Shown here: positions 13,292-26,300 of the stretch, one piece after another
How positions within the stretch are numbered: the first letter of the stretch is position 1
How the letters are laid out: each line of letters starts with the position of its first letter
NCBI RefSeq assembly: GCF_001194135.2
Contig: NC_068983.1
Location: 28,374,249-28,438,248 of the forward strand
Direction of reading: 5' to 3'
Length of the DNA stretch: 64,000 nt
Source of the DNA: Octopus bimaculoides
Lineage: Eukaryota
Program-made: the position numbers and the translations under genes
The notes under the pieces: generated by a model
Databases searched by the model: none
Seen by the model: the letters and a program-made list of their open reading frames with translations, nothing else
Told to the model about the DNA's origin: nothing

Positions 13292-13482
13292 TTCAAATTT
13301 TAGCACAAGACCAGCAAATTGGGGGGGGGGCAGCCGATTAAATTGACCCCAGTGCTCAACTGGTACTTATTTTCTCGACCTGAAAGGGATGAAAAGCAAA
13401 ATCAACCTCAGTAGAATTTGAACCCAGAAAGTAAGGACTGATGAAATGCTGCTAAGCATTTTGCCCAGTCTCCAGCTCACCA
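13292..13482 (-). mobile_element. SINE family B (tRNA-derived, ~200 bp)
   Basis: Reverse of gagctgg...ttctgggttcaaattct...tttcatccc...aagtaccagttgagcactggggtc, shared with many copies below. Confidence 0.8.
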
Positions 13483-14249
13483 TTTTATGAAAGAAGAAAA
13501 TATTATTTCATATCAAATATTTGTCATGATGACAACTACTAGGATAAAGATAAAATCTTCATTATACATTGTTGCTTTCAAAGTTAACATTTTGGAATTT
13601 GCAGAAGTTAATGATAACAGAGCTGCTGAGAGGGGGGGGGGTCTGTAGCAGAGAATAATGTGAAAGATTGCAGAAATCAAAAGGAATATTTACTGGTAAT
13701 GCCAAAGACAAAACAAACAAAAAAAAATAATAAAAGCCAAGTAGATGGAAGCAGCTTTTTATCCAGATGTTTGAAAGGAATGGTTAAACCGACTCATTAA
13801 TCAGAGGAGAAGTGATTTCATTTTAACTCTGATACAAATAGTATTGAAGGTTACCAAGAGCTCCCAATAACATCATTTAAAGGTTCTAATGAAGTGACTC
13901 ATCACTTTATGGTGAAAAATGTATTTAGCCTATGACAGAAAACCAAGATGTTCCCTAAACTATCACATGACTTACAACATACAATAAATTTGCTTTTTTC
14001 TTTTTTTGAGGCAAAAAATAGCAGCGGGAATTTAACTTGGTTAGATTGGTAATATGGATGAATATTCAAGGGTTTTTGTTTTTGTTTTTTGGCTTTTTTC
14101 CCATCTACCTAGAAAACATACACTTGTCAAAGAAAACCTATTCATTGAGGAGCATAGAATAAGAACATAAATTTTGCAGAGATATTTCTGTGTATACAGT
14201 AGATGGTAAAAAAAGGTATGGTAAAGTTAACTTCTTGAGTTATAGTGAT

Positions 14250-14468
14250 TCATAAGGGCCAATTTCCCAGTTTCTATGGTGTATATATTCCCCACTTGGA
14301 TGGGATGCCAGTTGCAAGGTTACTCATTTTTGCCAGCTGAGTGGACTGGAGCAATGTGAAATGAGGTGTTTTGCTCAAGAGTACAATGCATCACCTGGTC
14401 CAGGAATCAAAATCACAATCTTACGATCATGAGTCCAACACCCTAACCACTAAGCCACGTACCTCCAC
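14250..14468 (-). mobile_element. SINE family C
   Basis: Head gtggaggtacgtggcttagtggttagggtg and central domain ctccagtccactcagctggcaaaaatgagt; collinear with 47960-48212. Confidence 0.85.
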
Positions 14469-14579
14469 TTACAGTATATGACATTAAGCTTAAACCAATG
14501 TGATGATGATTAACAGGAATGGATTACTAGAGGGGCAGAATAAAAAGAAGATATTATCTCGAGTTTTGGTTCACATTTG

Positions 14580-15130
14580 AACCAAGAGACGGATGGATTA
14601 AGAAGGCATCATTGTCTTGTTAAACCAAGCTTTTAACCACAGTAAAATGCCTTCTTAATCAGACATCAAGAGCCCTCCTGAAAATGAAACCACTCTTTGT
14701 ATGGGACCAGTTTGGTGTACACAAGTTGGAAAAGATGAGAGAGAATGACAAATCACTGAACTCATCTTTAGCTATAATACTAGCTGAACACAAACCTTTG
14801 ATACAATCTTTGGATGTGGTGCTCAGTGAACCATTGAATGATGGGATAGCTAAGTTAGCTAAGGCTACCTTCTCGAGTCATGCTAACTCACAAGGACCAA
14901 TTTGCCAGTTTACATGGTGTATAAATTCCTCACCTGAATGGGACACGGGTCCATCACAGGATTACTCATTTTTGCCAGCTAAGTGGACCATTTGTGAACT
15001 GATGACTACGATGATCAAAAGCAGGAAGATGAAACAAAGGACATATCAGCACTATGGGATGCAGATGAAAAGTTGACATTGCAGAAGTGGGAAGACAATT
15101 CTCACACCAGTGATGATGAAGAACCTGATT
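14580..15130 (+). mobile_element. pogo-type (DDE_1) transposase fragment interrupted by a SINE C fragment (~14915-14990)
   Basis: LFVWDQFGVHK..LAIILAEHKPLIQSLDVVLSEPLND resembles pogo LVWDxFRAH..LAVIPGGLTxxLQPLDVxxNKPFKD. Acidic C-terminal stub ..LWDADEK..SDDEEPD*. Confidence 0.65.
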
Positions 15131-17390
15131 GATAATTTCATAATTGGAGTTACCTTTATATTGTTTATTGGTGCAGTCTGTGTGAAGAATATTGACAGCT
15201 GTAGCAGTAGTAAAAGACAGCTGCTCATAAGTTAGAGAAAATAGCAGAAAGAGCATCGTGCTGGTTCAGAAATAATTGAGAGTAGTTGAGGTGGAATCCA
15301 GGAGAAAATGGGTTGTGACTAGTCATCACTGCCAACCCAACAACTGGAGGAATCTGTGATCAAAACCCTTGAGAAAAGTTGGCTACCACTTGTTGACTAC
15401 TTCTACCAATCAAAAGCTACAGTCATACATATGTAGCTGAATCAGTAAGCATCTCTAGTAGAAGTATGTAACATTAATAGTACCATATGAGGACACTCAA
15501 ATGATGATCGTTTCTAAGGAACTGAAAATCCAACATTACTTTAAAAAGATACTTGGAAAAATGTTATGATTAGCTAAGTAAAAAAAATGCAATTATGAAC
15601 AAAATGTGTAAGCAATGACAAGCAAGATAATAATATTATACAGCATAAGGTTAAACTATAAATCAAATTGAAAGAGGATAATGTAATTGACTAAAAAGAA
15701 AACTTTTTGGTAATTGTTACCTTACTGAGAGTTTGCCATGAATAAATGTATAATTGATTTAGTTATGTCGCACCAAGAATGACAAAATATATAACTGTTA
15801 TTATGAAGCACAATGATAATACATGGCATGAAAAGGAAACACAGACAGGCATAGAATACACGATATAAAATTTGCTCTCCCTATTTTTATGTTTTCCACT
15901 AAATGTCCAAAAAGTATTTGCTTTTTACAGGTGAATGGAAGATATATCACGGTTCAGTATATATACAAATGAAATGAGTAGTGAATTTTGAACTTCCAGA
16001 TAGCTTCATTTTTGGATCTAATCCAAAGTAACGCCTCTCATGAAGTGTATTTTACAATATTGATATTTTACATGTGGGAAAACTCTGTGTGTGTGTGCAT
16101 ATGTACATGTGTGTATGTGTGTGTGTGTATATGATAGCATTCAGTCATATATGTTGCTTGTCCATTCTTACTAACATGACATGTAAACAGAAACAGAAGA
16201 GCATATACTCTCAGACACATGTTGTACATTTTGTGTTGCATGGATGTAAAGCCACCAACAACTGGGTGTATAAAAATTAAACTCTAGGATGTAAGGTCTT
16301 GTGAAGAATGAGAATAGAGTTTGAATTTTTGTTAATCCTTCAACAATTTTGAATACTTTTTATCCTTGTAACATTTAATTAACTACACAATTGGCTGTGA
16401 TGAATTATTTTTAGAACCTTCTTGTTCTCATATTTCTCTTAAAATACATTACCTTTGTCTCAATGAATTATGAAGTTAATGAAGTATTTAATAAAATAAC
16501 TTTGTCATTATTAAGCTGCTATTTAGAACATAAATTGCCTTGATAGTTTGATGGCAGTTTTTAATTTTAAGCACTTTAAAGCAGAAAGATTTTAATATGG
16601 AAATAGGGAGTGCTTCTGACTGGTTGATATTAGAAAGGTTAAATTGATTTATCGTTCAACTATGGTAGTAGTTGAATAATATTCTTAAGGCTGTAATTTA
16701 CTCACATGCAGCATCTTTCAGGGCTTTGTCGCTAATTCACTTCTTAACCAAATGGAAAAACTGTTAACATTTTTGAAGAGGACTGGTCCCCAGCTATATT
16801 TTGGCATTAAAAAATTGAGATTTGGTCCAGTAGAAAAAGTATACATCAAAATTTATATTAACGTTATAGGAGAGTAAGTAATGCCACCATTCAAGTTTTA
16901 ATCTAAATAACTTTTTTATTTTAAAAGCAAAATATATTTGTCTTAGCTTCAATGATAGAAGAAAGCATGAAGAATTTCATAGTTTTGGTCCCATGCAACA
17001 AAAATTTGTATCAAAAACGTTGTGAGGTAAAATATCATGAAAAAAATATGAGTAAGGCAAAAAATTGGATTCAAGTTAAATTAACTTTTTTATCTTAAAA
17101 ACAAACTATATTTTAATTAAGCTTAAATGATAGAGCTCAATATGAGGAATTTCATGGTATCAATCTCATGCAATGAAGTTTTAAAAGAAAAAAGTTATGA
17201 GTGTTTGTTTTTCAAATTTGAGGGTGATAATATAGTTCTATACTTTTATATGAATATAGTTCTAGGGGACTTTTAATATATGTCACCAGCATCATTGAGG
17301 TAAGGAAAAAAATTATCAATAACACTTCTCATTGACACATTTGACACATTATTAATTAGCATAATAGAATAGACTGGAAAACACATGGAT

Positions 17391-18228
17391 TACATGGAAA
17401 ATGTGAGCAAGAGAATATTCTTGAGATTATAAATTTGAAAAATTACAGGACAAGTTATTACACTTGGAAAGGTTCAGGACAAGTTATTACATCTGGTAAA
17501 GTAAAGAACCAGAAAATTTTTACTTAAAGTATTGCAGCTAAGGATAAAATTTGAATATTAAAAATTATTTGATTTTAATTTACAAAGTAACATCATAATT
17601 TTAAAAAAGTACCATCATTTTGTTAAAACATTGGCACACTAGAATACTTAAAGAATGAGAGTCAGAATTACCAATATAACTAAAGTTTTATGCAAAGTAT
17701 AATAGTATATATGGCAGGCAAATTCATTATGTAAAAAATAGGCATTGGGTCAAGACTAAAAATGTGAAGACTTGGCAAATTTTACTGTGAATTTGTTGTT
17801 ATAGGTAGATTTTACTGTAATATAATAACTAATTTTTGTATTAATCTATTTATTATACTAACTAATTATGTACTACTATTATTTTTTATAGCCTATTTTC
17901 AAATTTCCAATTATTAATTAAAAATTTTTTAAATGAATCTTTATAAAGTGCAAAAAATATTTTAATTAAGTTATTTTTTATTTTTAATAGAAGTAATAAC
18001 TTGTATATAATTTTTAGTTTTAATAAAAGCTAATATTTTCTAAAACTAAATATTTTATTTGAAACTTTATCCTTAGCTGCAATATCTCAAGTATAAATTT
18101 TCTTGTTCTTTACTTTACCAAATGTAATAATTTGTCCTGAACTTTTCCAAGCGTAATAACTTGTCCTGTACTTTTCCAGATTTATAATCTTAAGAATATT
18201 ATTTCTCTTGTTCGCATTTTTCCATGTA
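17391..18228. mobile_element. Foldback/MITE-like element with ~165-170-bp terminal inverted repeats and probable TA duplication
   Basis: 17391-17556 and 18057-18228 are reverse complements over their whole length (e.g. caggacaagttattac, gtaaagtaaagaac, attgcagctaaggataaa). Ends are TA|catgg...ccatg|TA. Confidence 0.85.
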
Positions 18229-21200
18229 TTTCTAACATTGGAAGAAATACTTTTTATCAGCTAAAGGAACAAGAGGCAAACTAGCAAGTATGATCATAAT
18301 GCAATGTTTTCACAAATCAACAGAGTCATTGGACAAAATATCTGGAAGTATTTAGTACATCTCTTTATGTTTTGAGTTATGATCCTACGCTTATCAGTCA
18401 TTTTTGCTTTCCATCCTTCCATAGTTGATAAAGTACTGGTCAAATAATGGGATTGTAAGGCTTAAATGTGGAACCATAAAGAATAAAAGACGTTTGTTGA
18501 TAGTTGAATATTCTTTCATCTTATATTACAAACTACTTGATATTTCAAGGAGAGTATAACCATTGTTTAAAATATACTGCACTCATGAAGGATGTTTCAC
18601 CTAAAAGTACAATATAAAACATAAATGAATATTTTATATTTCCAGTAATCCTCCATCTTTTTCTGTTTTCATTCTTGTTAGTATTAGCAGTTTTCAGAGA
18701 TGTTAAGATTATCTCAAATTTAATCCATAAATCAAATGTTTCTTTATCACAAGACATACAGCTTTCTTCTTTTGAAGCTATTTCTATAACGAACACAAAT
18801 TGTTTAATAATATATTATGAAGATTCAGTCATATTGATAGCAACAGTTATACAATATATTTTCTTAAAATTGTTTAGTAAAAATCTGCTCAAATCTCAAG
18901 AGCTTCATCTTTTAAAGATTTTTTTTTCCTTTCTTTACTTCTGTTTTCATAATTAATCTTAACAACAGCCTACATTGTAATTTGACAGATTTTAAAGAAT
19001 ATATTTATAGAAGTGTTAGATATGATAATTTCAAAATTATTATTTTCTCTATTTTATTCTACATAGACATTGATAATTTTATCTTTATATTTCTTTATTT
19101 TCCCCCAAAACTGTTTTGTCACACCAACGTATATTTACACTTACACACTAACACAAATACGCACATATTTGCTTTATGCAGTATTAAACATATGATTTCC
19201 CAGTGGTATATTGAGATAAGCCCATGATCCATTAATAAATTAAATCCTGAGATCACTTGAAACAACTCAGTTTCTACCATCTGTTTGAATATATAATTCT
19301 TTATAAACTGTTCATTGCATTTATGAATTAGCAACTAAATAAAATGCTGAACATTTACTGAAATTAAACAGGAAAACAATAAACACACAAATGAACAGAT
19401 CAAATGTATTTTGAGATAGATTTTCCTTTAGAATTCAGGAAATAATGACAGATTGTCATGATTTACGCATATATATATACATTTTTTTAATTATAGTAAG
19501 ATTAGAGAACAACAAATATTTAAATTGTATTTTAACTCTACTATATATATACATGTGTATATGTGTGTATAAAAATATGAACACACAACCGTATACATAC
19601 GTATATATATATATATACATACATTTGTAAATATACATAACACACACACACCTACGCACAAATGTATACATATACATACATATGTATATCCACTATGTAT
19701 TCATACATACATATTCATACACGCACACGCAGATGTACACGTATATGTACATGCACATATATATATATATATAAGAGTGTACACACACACATAAGATTTT
19801 TCTTTTCTAAACTGAACATATCCATGGTGTGAACTACAATATGTTTACTTTGAATTCAATGAAATGAGAAAAAATAAAAATCATATAATTATATGAATAT
19901 TTGCTATGCAGTTTTACTGAAATATAATTTGCTAAGAGTAATTTCAATGCATTCAATACATTGCAGTTTAATATGTGTCTTATTACCAAGTATGTATGCT
20001 CCTAGGAAATTAATTTCAAGTTGATCACTTTCAGATAACTTTTTCTCAAAACATATTTTAGAAAATGAACTGTATATGTTTTTTTTTTTCTTTTTTTGTA
20101 TATGTCCTTTTAATTAGATTTATGTCTAACCTCACAGAACTGATAATTTTCTACTGCTTGCCCCAGAGGAACTCTGCTATGCTGAATGTTCACTGATGAG
20201 GAACACAGTTCTTGAAACAGAATGTTTCTTTGGTGGGAGGCTAACTCATTGTGTTTATTCTTTCACAACTTGGAATTATGTCACAACCCCAAATGATTCA
20301 TAATTTTTTAAACATTTGGTGGGCACTTTTGCTAAAAAGAAATACATCACTTAGATGAATTATGATATATCCTATGGAGTACGTATGTCTCTTATCGCTG
20401 ATGTGTATATATGTATGTATGAATGTATATTTTATAATAAATACATTACATGTACATACACATATGCATATGATGTTTTATTAGCTGAGCATGCTATAGG
20501 AGTGACTCAAGAGCCTAGAGTCACTCTTGTAGCAATGTCAATTAGTAAAAGATTTTATATGCTCTTTTTTATGTGTTGAGTTCTCTTCCTCCTATTTGTT
20601 AAAATCAAACATACTTCCTGAGTGTGTGTGTGTGTTGTATGATTGTGTAAGTTTGTGTGAACCCATGTGCATATGTATATGTGCATTTGTTTGCACATAT
20701 CTGTGAGAGTGTTGTATCTTCATTGAATTATATCAGACAAAGATGTAAACATTGCTAAGAAAATCAACATGCCAAGGCTTTTCCAGCCAAAACACTTTGT
20801 GGTATTTGTTCTGCCCAAGTTGCACAGATGCACCCTGGTCAAATTCACTATCATAAATGTAGTGAGCTATTGGAAAACTCTCATTAGTACTATTGTTGAC
20901 ATGATGCTACATAAAATTAGAGCAAGACACAAAGTGTCAAAATAATTTTCCTGCAAGTGAAACTAATTTGTTTTATGTGTTACATCATTGGATTGTCTGA
21001 TGTTTGTATTTTTGATAAAATACTTTGGTATATTAAATAAAATGGCTGATTGCCATTGTACTAAAATGTGTGATATATTCATTTTACTCTAGTACAGAAT
21101 ATACAATGTTTTAATTCACTTTGAACTATGTCATTTCAATTTGTTTATTTGTTTGCTTTTCTTTTATCTATAGACTATAGACATGATTAAAATATCTGTA

Positions 21201-21367
21201 TTTTTCTATCTGTCTGTAGACTATAGACATGATTAATATATCTATCTATCTATCTATTTATTTATCTATGAAAATAGATGTAAAGATGTAAATTAATTAA
21301 TAAATTAATTTGTATTCATTGGATATCACCATTTTCAAACTTAATAATGATATATATAGACAGACAG

Positions 21368-21410
<43 letters not shown>

Positions 21411-21797
21411 TTCTTTTTATTGTTTTATTTGTTTCATTTATTAGACTGTGGCCATGCTAAAGCACTGACTTGAAACATTTTAGTTAAATGAATTGACTTC
21501 AGTACTTCTTTTTTTAAAACCTGGTATTATTCTATTGGTCTCTTTGCCATACAGCTAAGTTATAGACATAAACACACAAACACCAGTTGTCAAGCAGTGG
21601 TGGTGGACAAATGCACTCAGTAACACACGCACACACATGACGGGTTTCTTTCAGTTTCCATCTATCAAATTTTCTTACAAGGCTTTGTTCAGCCAAATGC
21701 TACAGCAGAAGATACTTGTCCAAGGTATCACATACTGGAACTAAAGCCAGAATCATGTGGTTAGGAAGCAAACTTTTTATGATACAGCCATGTCTGT
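21411..21797 (-). mobile_element. SINE family A, older diverged copy
   Basis: Same modules as 10976-11407 with more substitutions. Confidence 0.8.
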
Positions 21798-22169
21798 GGG
21801 TTAATAAGTTTTCTTCACAGCCACGAGGTTCCATGTTCCAACCTGGTATCTTATCCTATTGCATGGCATCTTGCATGAAGTCATTTTTTTCAGTTTTAGA
21901 TAGACCTATAATTTGTCTATGAAGTTGAAAAGACCGAAACTGTGTAAAAGCCTATTGGATGAGTTGTATATTTAATTTTAAAGGTGCTGAGTTTTTTTCA
22001 TCTTGATTGAGAATTATATAAAGATTAAACATGGCTATGGATTACTCAGCAGCTATCACATTAATTTAAAAGCAAATAACCCAGTTGGTCAAATAACTAA
22101 ATCCTCATCAACAAATGATGGAAATCCGTCATCACATATACATACATGCATATATACAAGTATAAATGC

Positions 22170-22218
<49 letters not shown>

Positions 22219-23154
22219 ACTAGGTGTATATGCAAGCATGCATTACATACATATACATACAGGCATGTTGGGATCAATGTAATTGACTTACTCCCTCGAA
22301 ATTCTTAGCCTTATGCCAAAATTTGAAACCAATATTTATGCTAAAATATGTTTGACAAGATGGGATGGTCATGGCTATAGTGTCTCTGATCACAGAACTG
22401 TTTGATCAAGGCTGGCCTGAAGCTTAACTACAACAGCAATATCACAAAATGTATTCACTTCACCCCAGAAATTCACTTCCTCTGCAGACACACTGTAAAC
22501 AACATCAATAGAGACACAATAACATAGTCTTCTTGGGAACAGTTTCATCCATATGCACAAATAACAGAGCTAAAGCCTTCAAAATTACAATAAATGTTAG
22601 ATAATCTATCCATTGACAACCTGTAATGTTGACTTCCCATATTGCCAAATCTGCCTGTCAAAACTAGGCCTTCTATTCACTGTTAAAGAGGAGATTTGCT
22701 CAAAGTTACTCGTTCTCTGCAAAGGTCAACTGCAACACATTCAGCTGACAAGATTCAATCACCAGTAAAAGGCAACTTCTAACATACACATGTTTTGTTT
22801 CATTTTTATCAGTCTCTTCTATTGCTCCTGCAAGTCTTTGTTCTTTGTTCCTCAGAAATAGCAAGCTGAAAACCACTTCTCACTCTAGATTATATTACAT
22901 GCTCTCTCTTCTCTTCTCTGTTTGATCTCTATTTGATCCCTTTCATATTTTGATCCACAGATTTGTAGTATTCACTTTGATCCATCGTTCTGCTATGAAG
23001 CTGCAACCTTGAAAAATTAATGAGTGCTCTCTTCTTTCTCTTTCTCCTTAGTCTCCTCCTCTTCCATCTCAGCCTTCTCCTCTTTGTCATTGTCATCATT
23101 GTTATCCTCATAATCATTGCCATAATCATTATAGTAGCTGTGGTACTAATGGTG

Positions 23155-23197
<43 letters not shown>

Positions 23198-23206
23198 GGG
23201 ATTTCA

Positions 23207-23345
23207 AATTTTAGCACAAAGCCAGTAATTTCGAGAGAAGAGAGTTGTTGACTACATCAAACCCAGTGCTCCACTGGTACTTATTTTATAGACCCTGAAG
23301 AATGAAACGTAAAGTTGGCCTCAATGGGATCTAAATTCAAAATAT
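23207..23345 (-). mobile_element. SINE family B fragment
   Basis: aaacccagtgctccactggtacttattttatagaccctgaagaatgaaacgtaaagttggcctc matches family B. Confidence 0.7.
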
Positions 23346-26300
23346 AAAGAACTGAAGCAAATATTCTTATACCTCTTTTTCTGTTTTTTTTATCTCCAAT
23401 TCTCTAATGATTCTGCCAAGTCAAGCAATGATACCAACAACATAAACAATAATTATAAAGTAAATAACTTATCCACAACACTTAGGAACAATAATATGAC
23501 ACTTGAGACAACTGCGATGAAAATATTGACCCTTTTTCTATTGTTTAGCTGCCAACGTATGATGACATCAGTGGAACTATTATCATCACCACCACCACTG
23601 CTGCTTGATATGTTAGTGGTATTGATTCCAACAATGTTTGGAATGATGACATTGTCACTGAAATATGTTCAGCTGCTTAACTTTTCTGTCTCAAGGTCCA
23701 GATTATTTTAGATATTTTATCACTCTTAATAGCTTGTCAATACACTTAAAATAATGTCTATTAAATTACAAATATAGACATCAAGCTTTGAACCAGACAA
23801 ATTGACTATAAAACTGTATTCTTCGTGGGAGGAAAATTGTATGAAAAAGTTGTAATTATTGTATCTCTTATGCTTGAGGAGTAAGTTCAAATTAATTTGA
23901 TATATGTATTAAAAGACTTTCTTTGATGTAAAAGACACATGGGATTAACAATTATGAGAATTAAAATGAGATCAAAGAGGAAAATATTTTGTTAGTAAGG
24001 ACAGGAATACAAAACACCAATAAGTGTATTGGATAATTTTCAATGCTAGGATATTTAATGTTTTGATATAGAAGTAAAGTTGGCATAATTCCTAAATTCC
24101 AGGAAGTATAATACTAAAGCTAAAAGTGAATATTATAGTCAACAAAAGAGAGCAGAAATATTGTTGGAGTAACTTTACAATAAGTACTATACAAATTTGG
24201 AAATGAAAAATTGTGTTGCTTTGGGGGATGGCTTAACATTTAATTAGCATGCTTCCCTACTTCATGGTTTTGAGTTCAGTCCTGCTGCACAGCAACTTGG
24301 TTAAATGTTTTCTTTCATAGTTCCAAGTTGAACACTGCTCTGTGAGTGAAATGTAGTAGAAAGTTATGTGTGAGCTCTGCAGGAATTTAGTATTTTTTGT
24401 GTGGGTAACAAAATCCTTCCTGGTCCATGAGTGCTTTTAGCAGAGTCCATTTTGTTGCAAGCATTGAAGTCAGGTTTTCAAAATGTGAATAACTTTCTCT
24501 TTTTCAACTTTTAGTCTTAGAGGCCTTAAAAAATTCATGAGCCCTGCCATTCCTCTGCTGACAAATTGTCTCCAGTTTCAGAAGACAGATTTAGAAAACA
24601 TTTTGCTATCTCAATGAACTCTCTGCAGAAAATTGAAATTATTTCAGTTCAAAAAGTGAGTTAACATATAATAATCAACAATTGGAGAAAAGAAACAATT
24701 CTTTTTTTTATTTTTTAGTCATAGAGAAGCAGTGCCTATGACCCATTACAGAGCCTCCAAGACAAGTGGGAAAGAGAGGAAGGTATCCTCAAGCTGAAGA
24801 CCTGGTCTGAAAGCTTACAATAGAGCGAGCTTTGCTAGAGCTACCCACAGTGCCAGGTAGTGACATTAAACTGGATGACAGTTTAAGTCTGCCACTTATG
24901 TAAGTAAACCAAGGCAGGATTTAAACTCAGAACACAAAGAGCCAAAAAAATACTGTACAGCACCAGTCTCAATCCTAGGATGTGGATTAGTTTCACTAAT
25001 CAACGTCCTTGAATTTAACCCCTAAAAGGATGAAAGGCAACGTTGGCCTCAATGGGATTTCAATACAGAGCTCAGAAAAACAGAACAAATACCATAAAAT
25101 ATTCTGTCCAATATTCTGACAATAATCAAGATAAGGACAAGAGGTTATGACATCTGCAAACACAGAATTTGCTGCTATCTGTAATTAACTGTAATGAACA
25201 TCAAAAAATTAATCTGGCAGTAATTAATTTTAGGGATATAATTACCAATTTCCTGCCATTGAGGATACTCTAACCTCAAAGAGCAGCCCAACTCTGACTT
25301 AAAAATTCTGAAAAAAAAAAAAAAAACCCAGAAAAAGGATAAAATAAAAAAATAGTTTTAGTACTTCCATATCCTTTATCAAGATGATTTATTAGTGGTT
25401 TAGTGACATATAGACCTGTTGATCACTTTAGTCTGCAATTTTTGTTTTCTTTTACTTTCATGGTAGACGTGGTAACTTTAGTAGAGATAATCATCCTCTG
25501 GGAGTGGACTTGACAAATGGAAAATGTATCCATTGTTGCTTAGGTTATGCAGTAAAACATTAAGACTTATTTTCAAAGAAAAAACTCCCCAAACTACAGT
25601 GACTTTGTCTCAAAGAAATATGACAACTAAAATTACTCCCATGGTGATAAAAAAAGACTTATTAGCTTAATGGTCAATTCTGGTTAAGAAAGGTAAAAGA
25701 GATAACACTGAAATTTTAGTTTATAGAAATTCATTAAGAATAGAAATGAGTAATGGAGTGAGGGGATGAGTTTGATCTCAGTTGGGAGTGTACTAAATCA
25801 AACATAAAATACATCATTGACAGACAACATTAAAATCATGAAACTTTTGTATTTATTTCTATACATGAAAATACACACACAAAAGATTACTATTTTATGC
25901 TTGTAAATTGAAATGAAAGAGGTATTATATGACGCATCAATACATCCTTAGATTGGCTTTCAAATAAAATTATGTTGTCATTATTTGTTTGTCCAGCTGA
26001 TCAAATATATTATAGTAATAATAACGAAATGATTATTTCATGTGACAATTCAGTTAATATTACTTTTATTTCATTTATTTTTTCAATGGAGTTCAACGAA
26101 ATCTCTTTGTGGTTGTCTGACTTATTTGATATAGCAGCAGAATTTCTTTTAAATAATCCCTACCATCTTAAGCAATGATATATGATGGGAAATTAAAATG
26201 GTATGATTATAGCTAGCTCTGTTTTGCTGTAAGAACCTGCAATCAGGACTTAGTTGGAGTTAAACAACAACAACAACATATAATAATTTAGTTAAAGTCC

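Noticed and set aside
15917-16030. Plus-strand acceptor tttgctttttacag followed by GEWKIYHGS...
   Set aside because: All frames close within ~50 nt and the peptide is unrecognisable.
24790-24825. ctgaaga-cctggtct-gaaagctt hammerhead-like string
   Set aside because: Stem II does not pair in register and stem I is absent.
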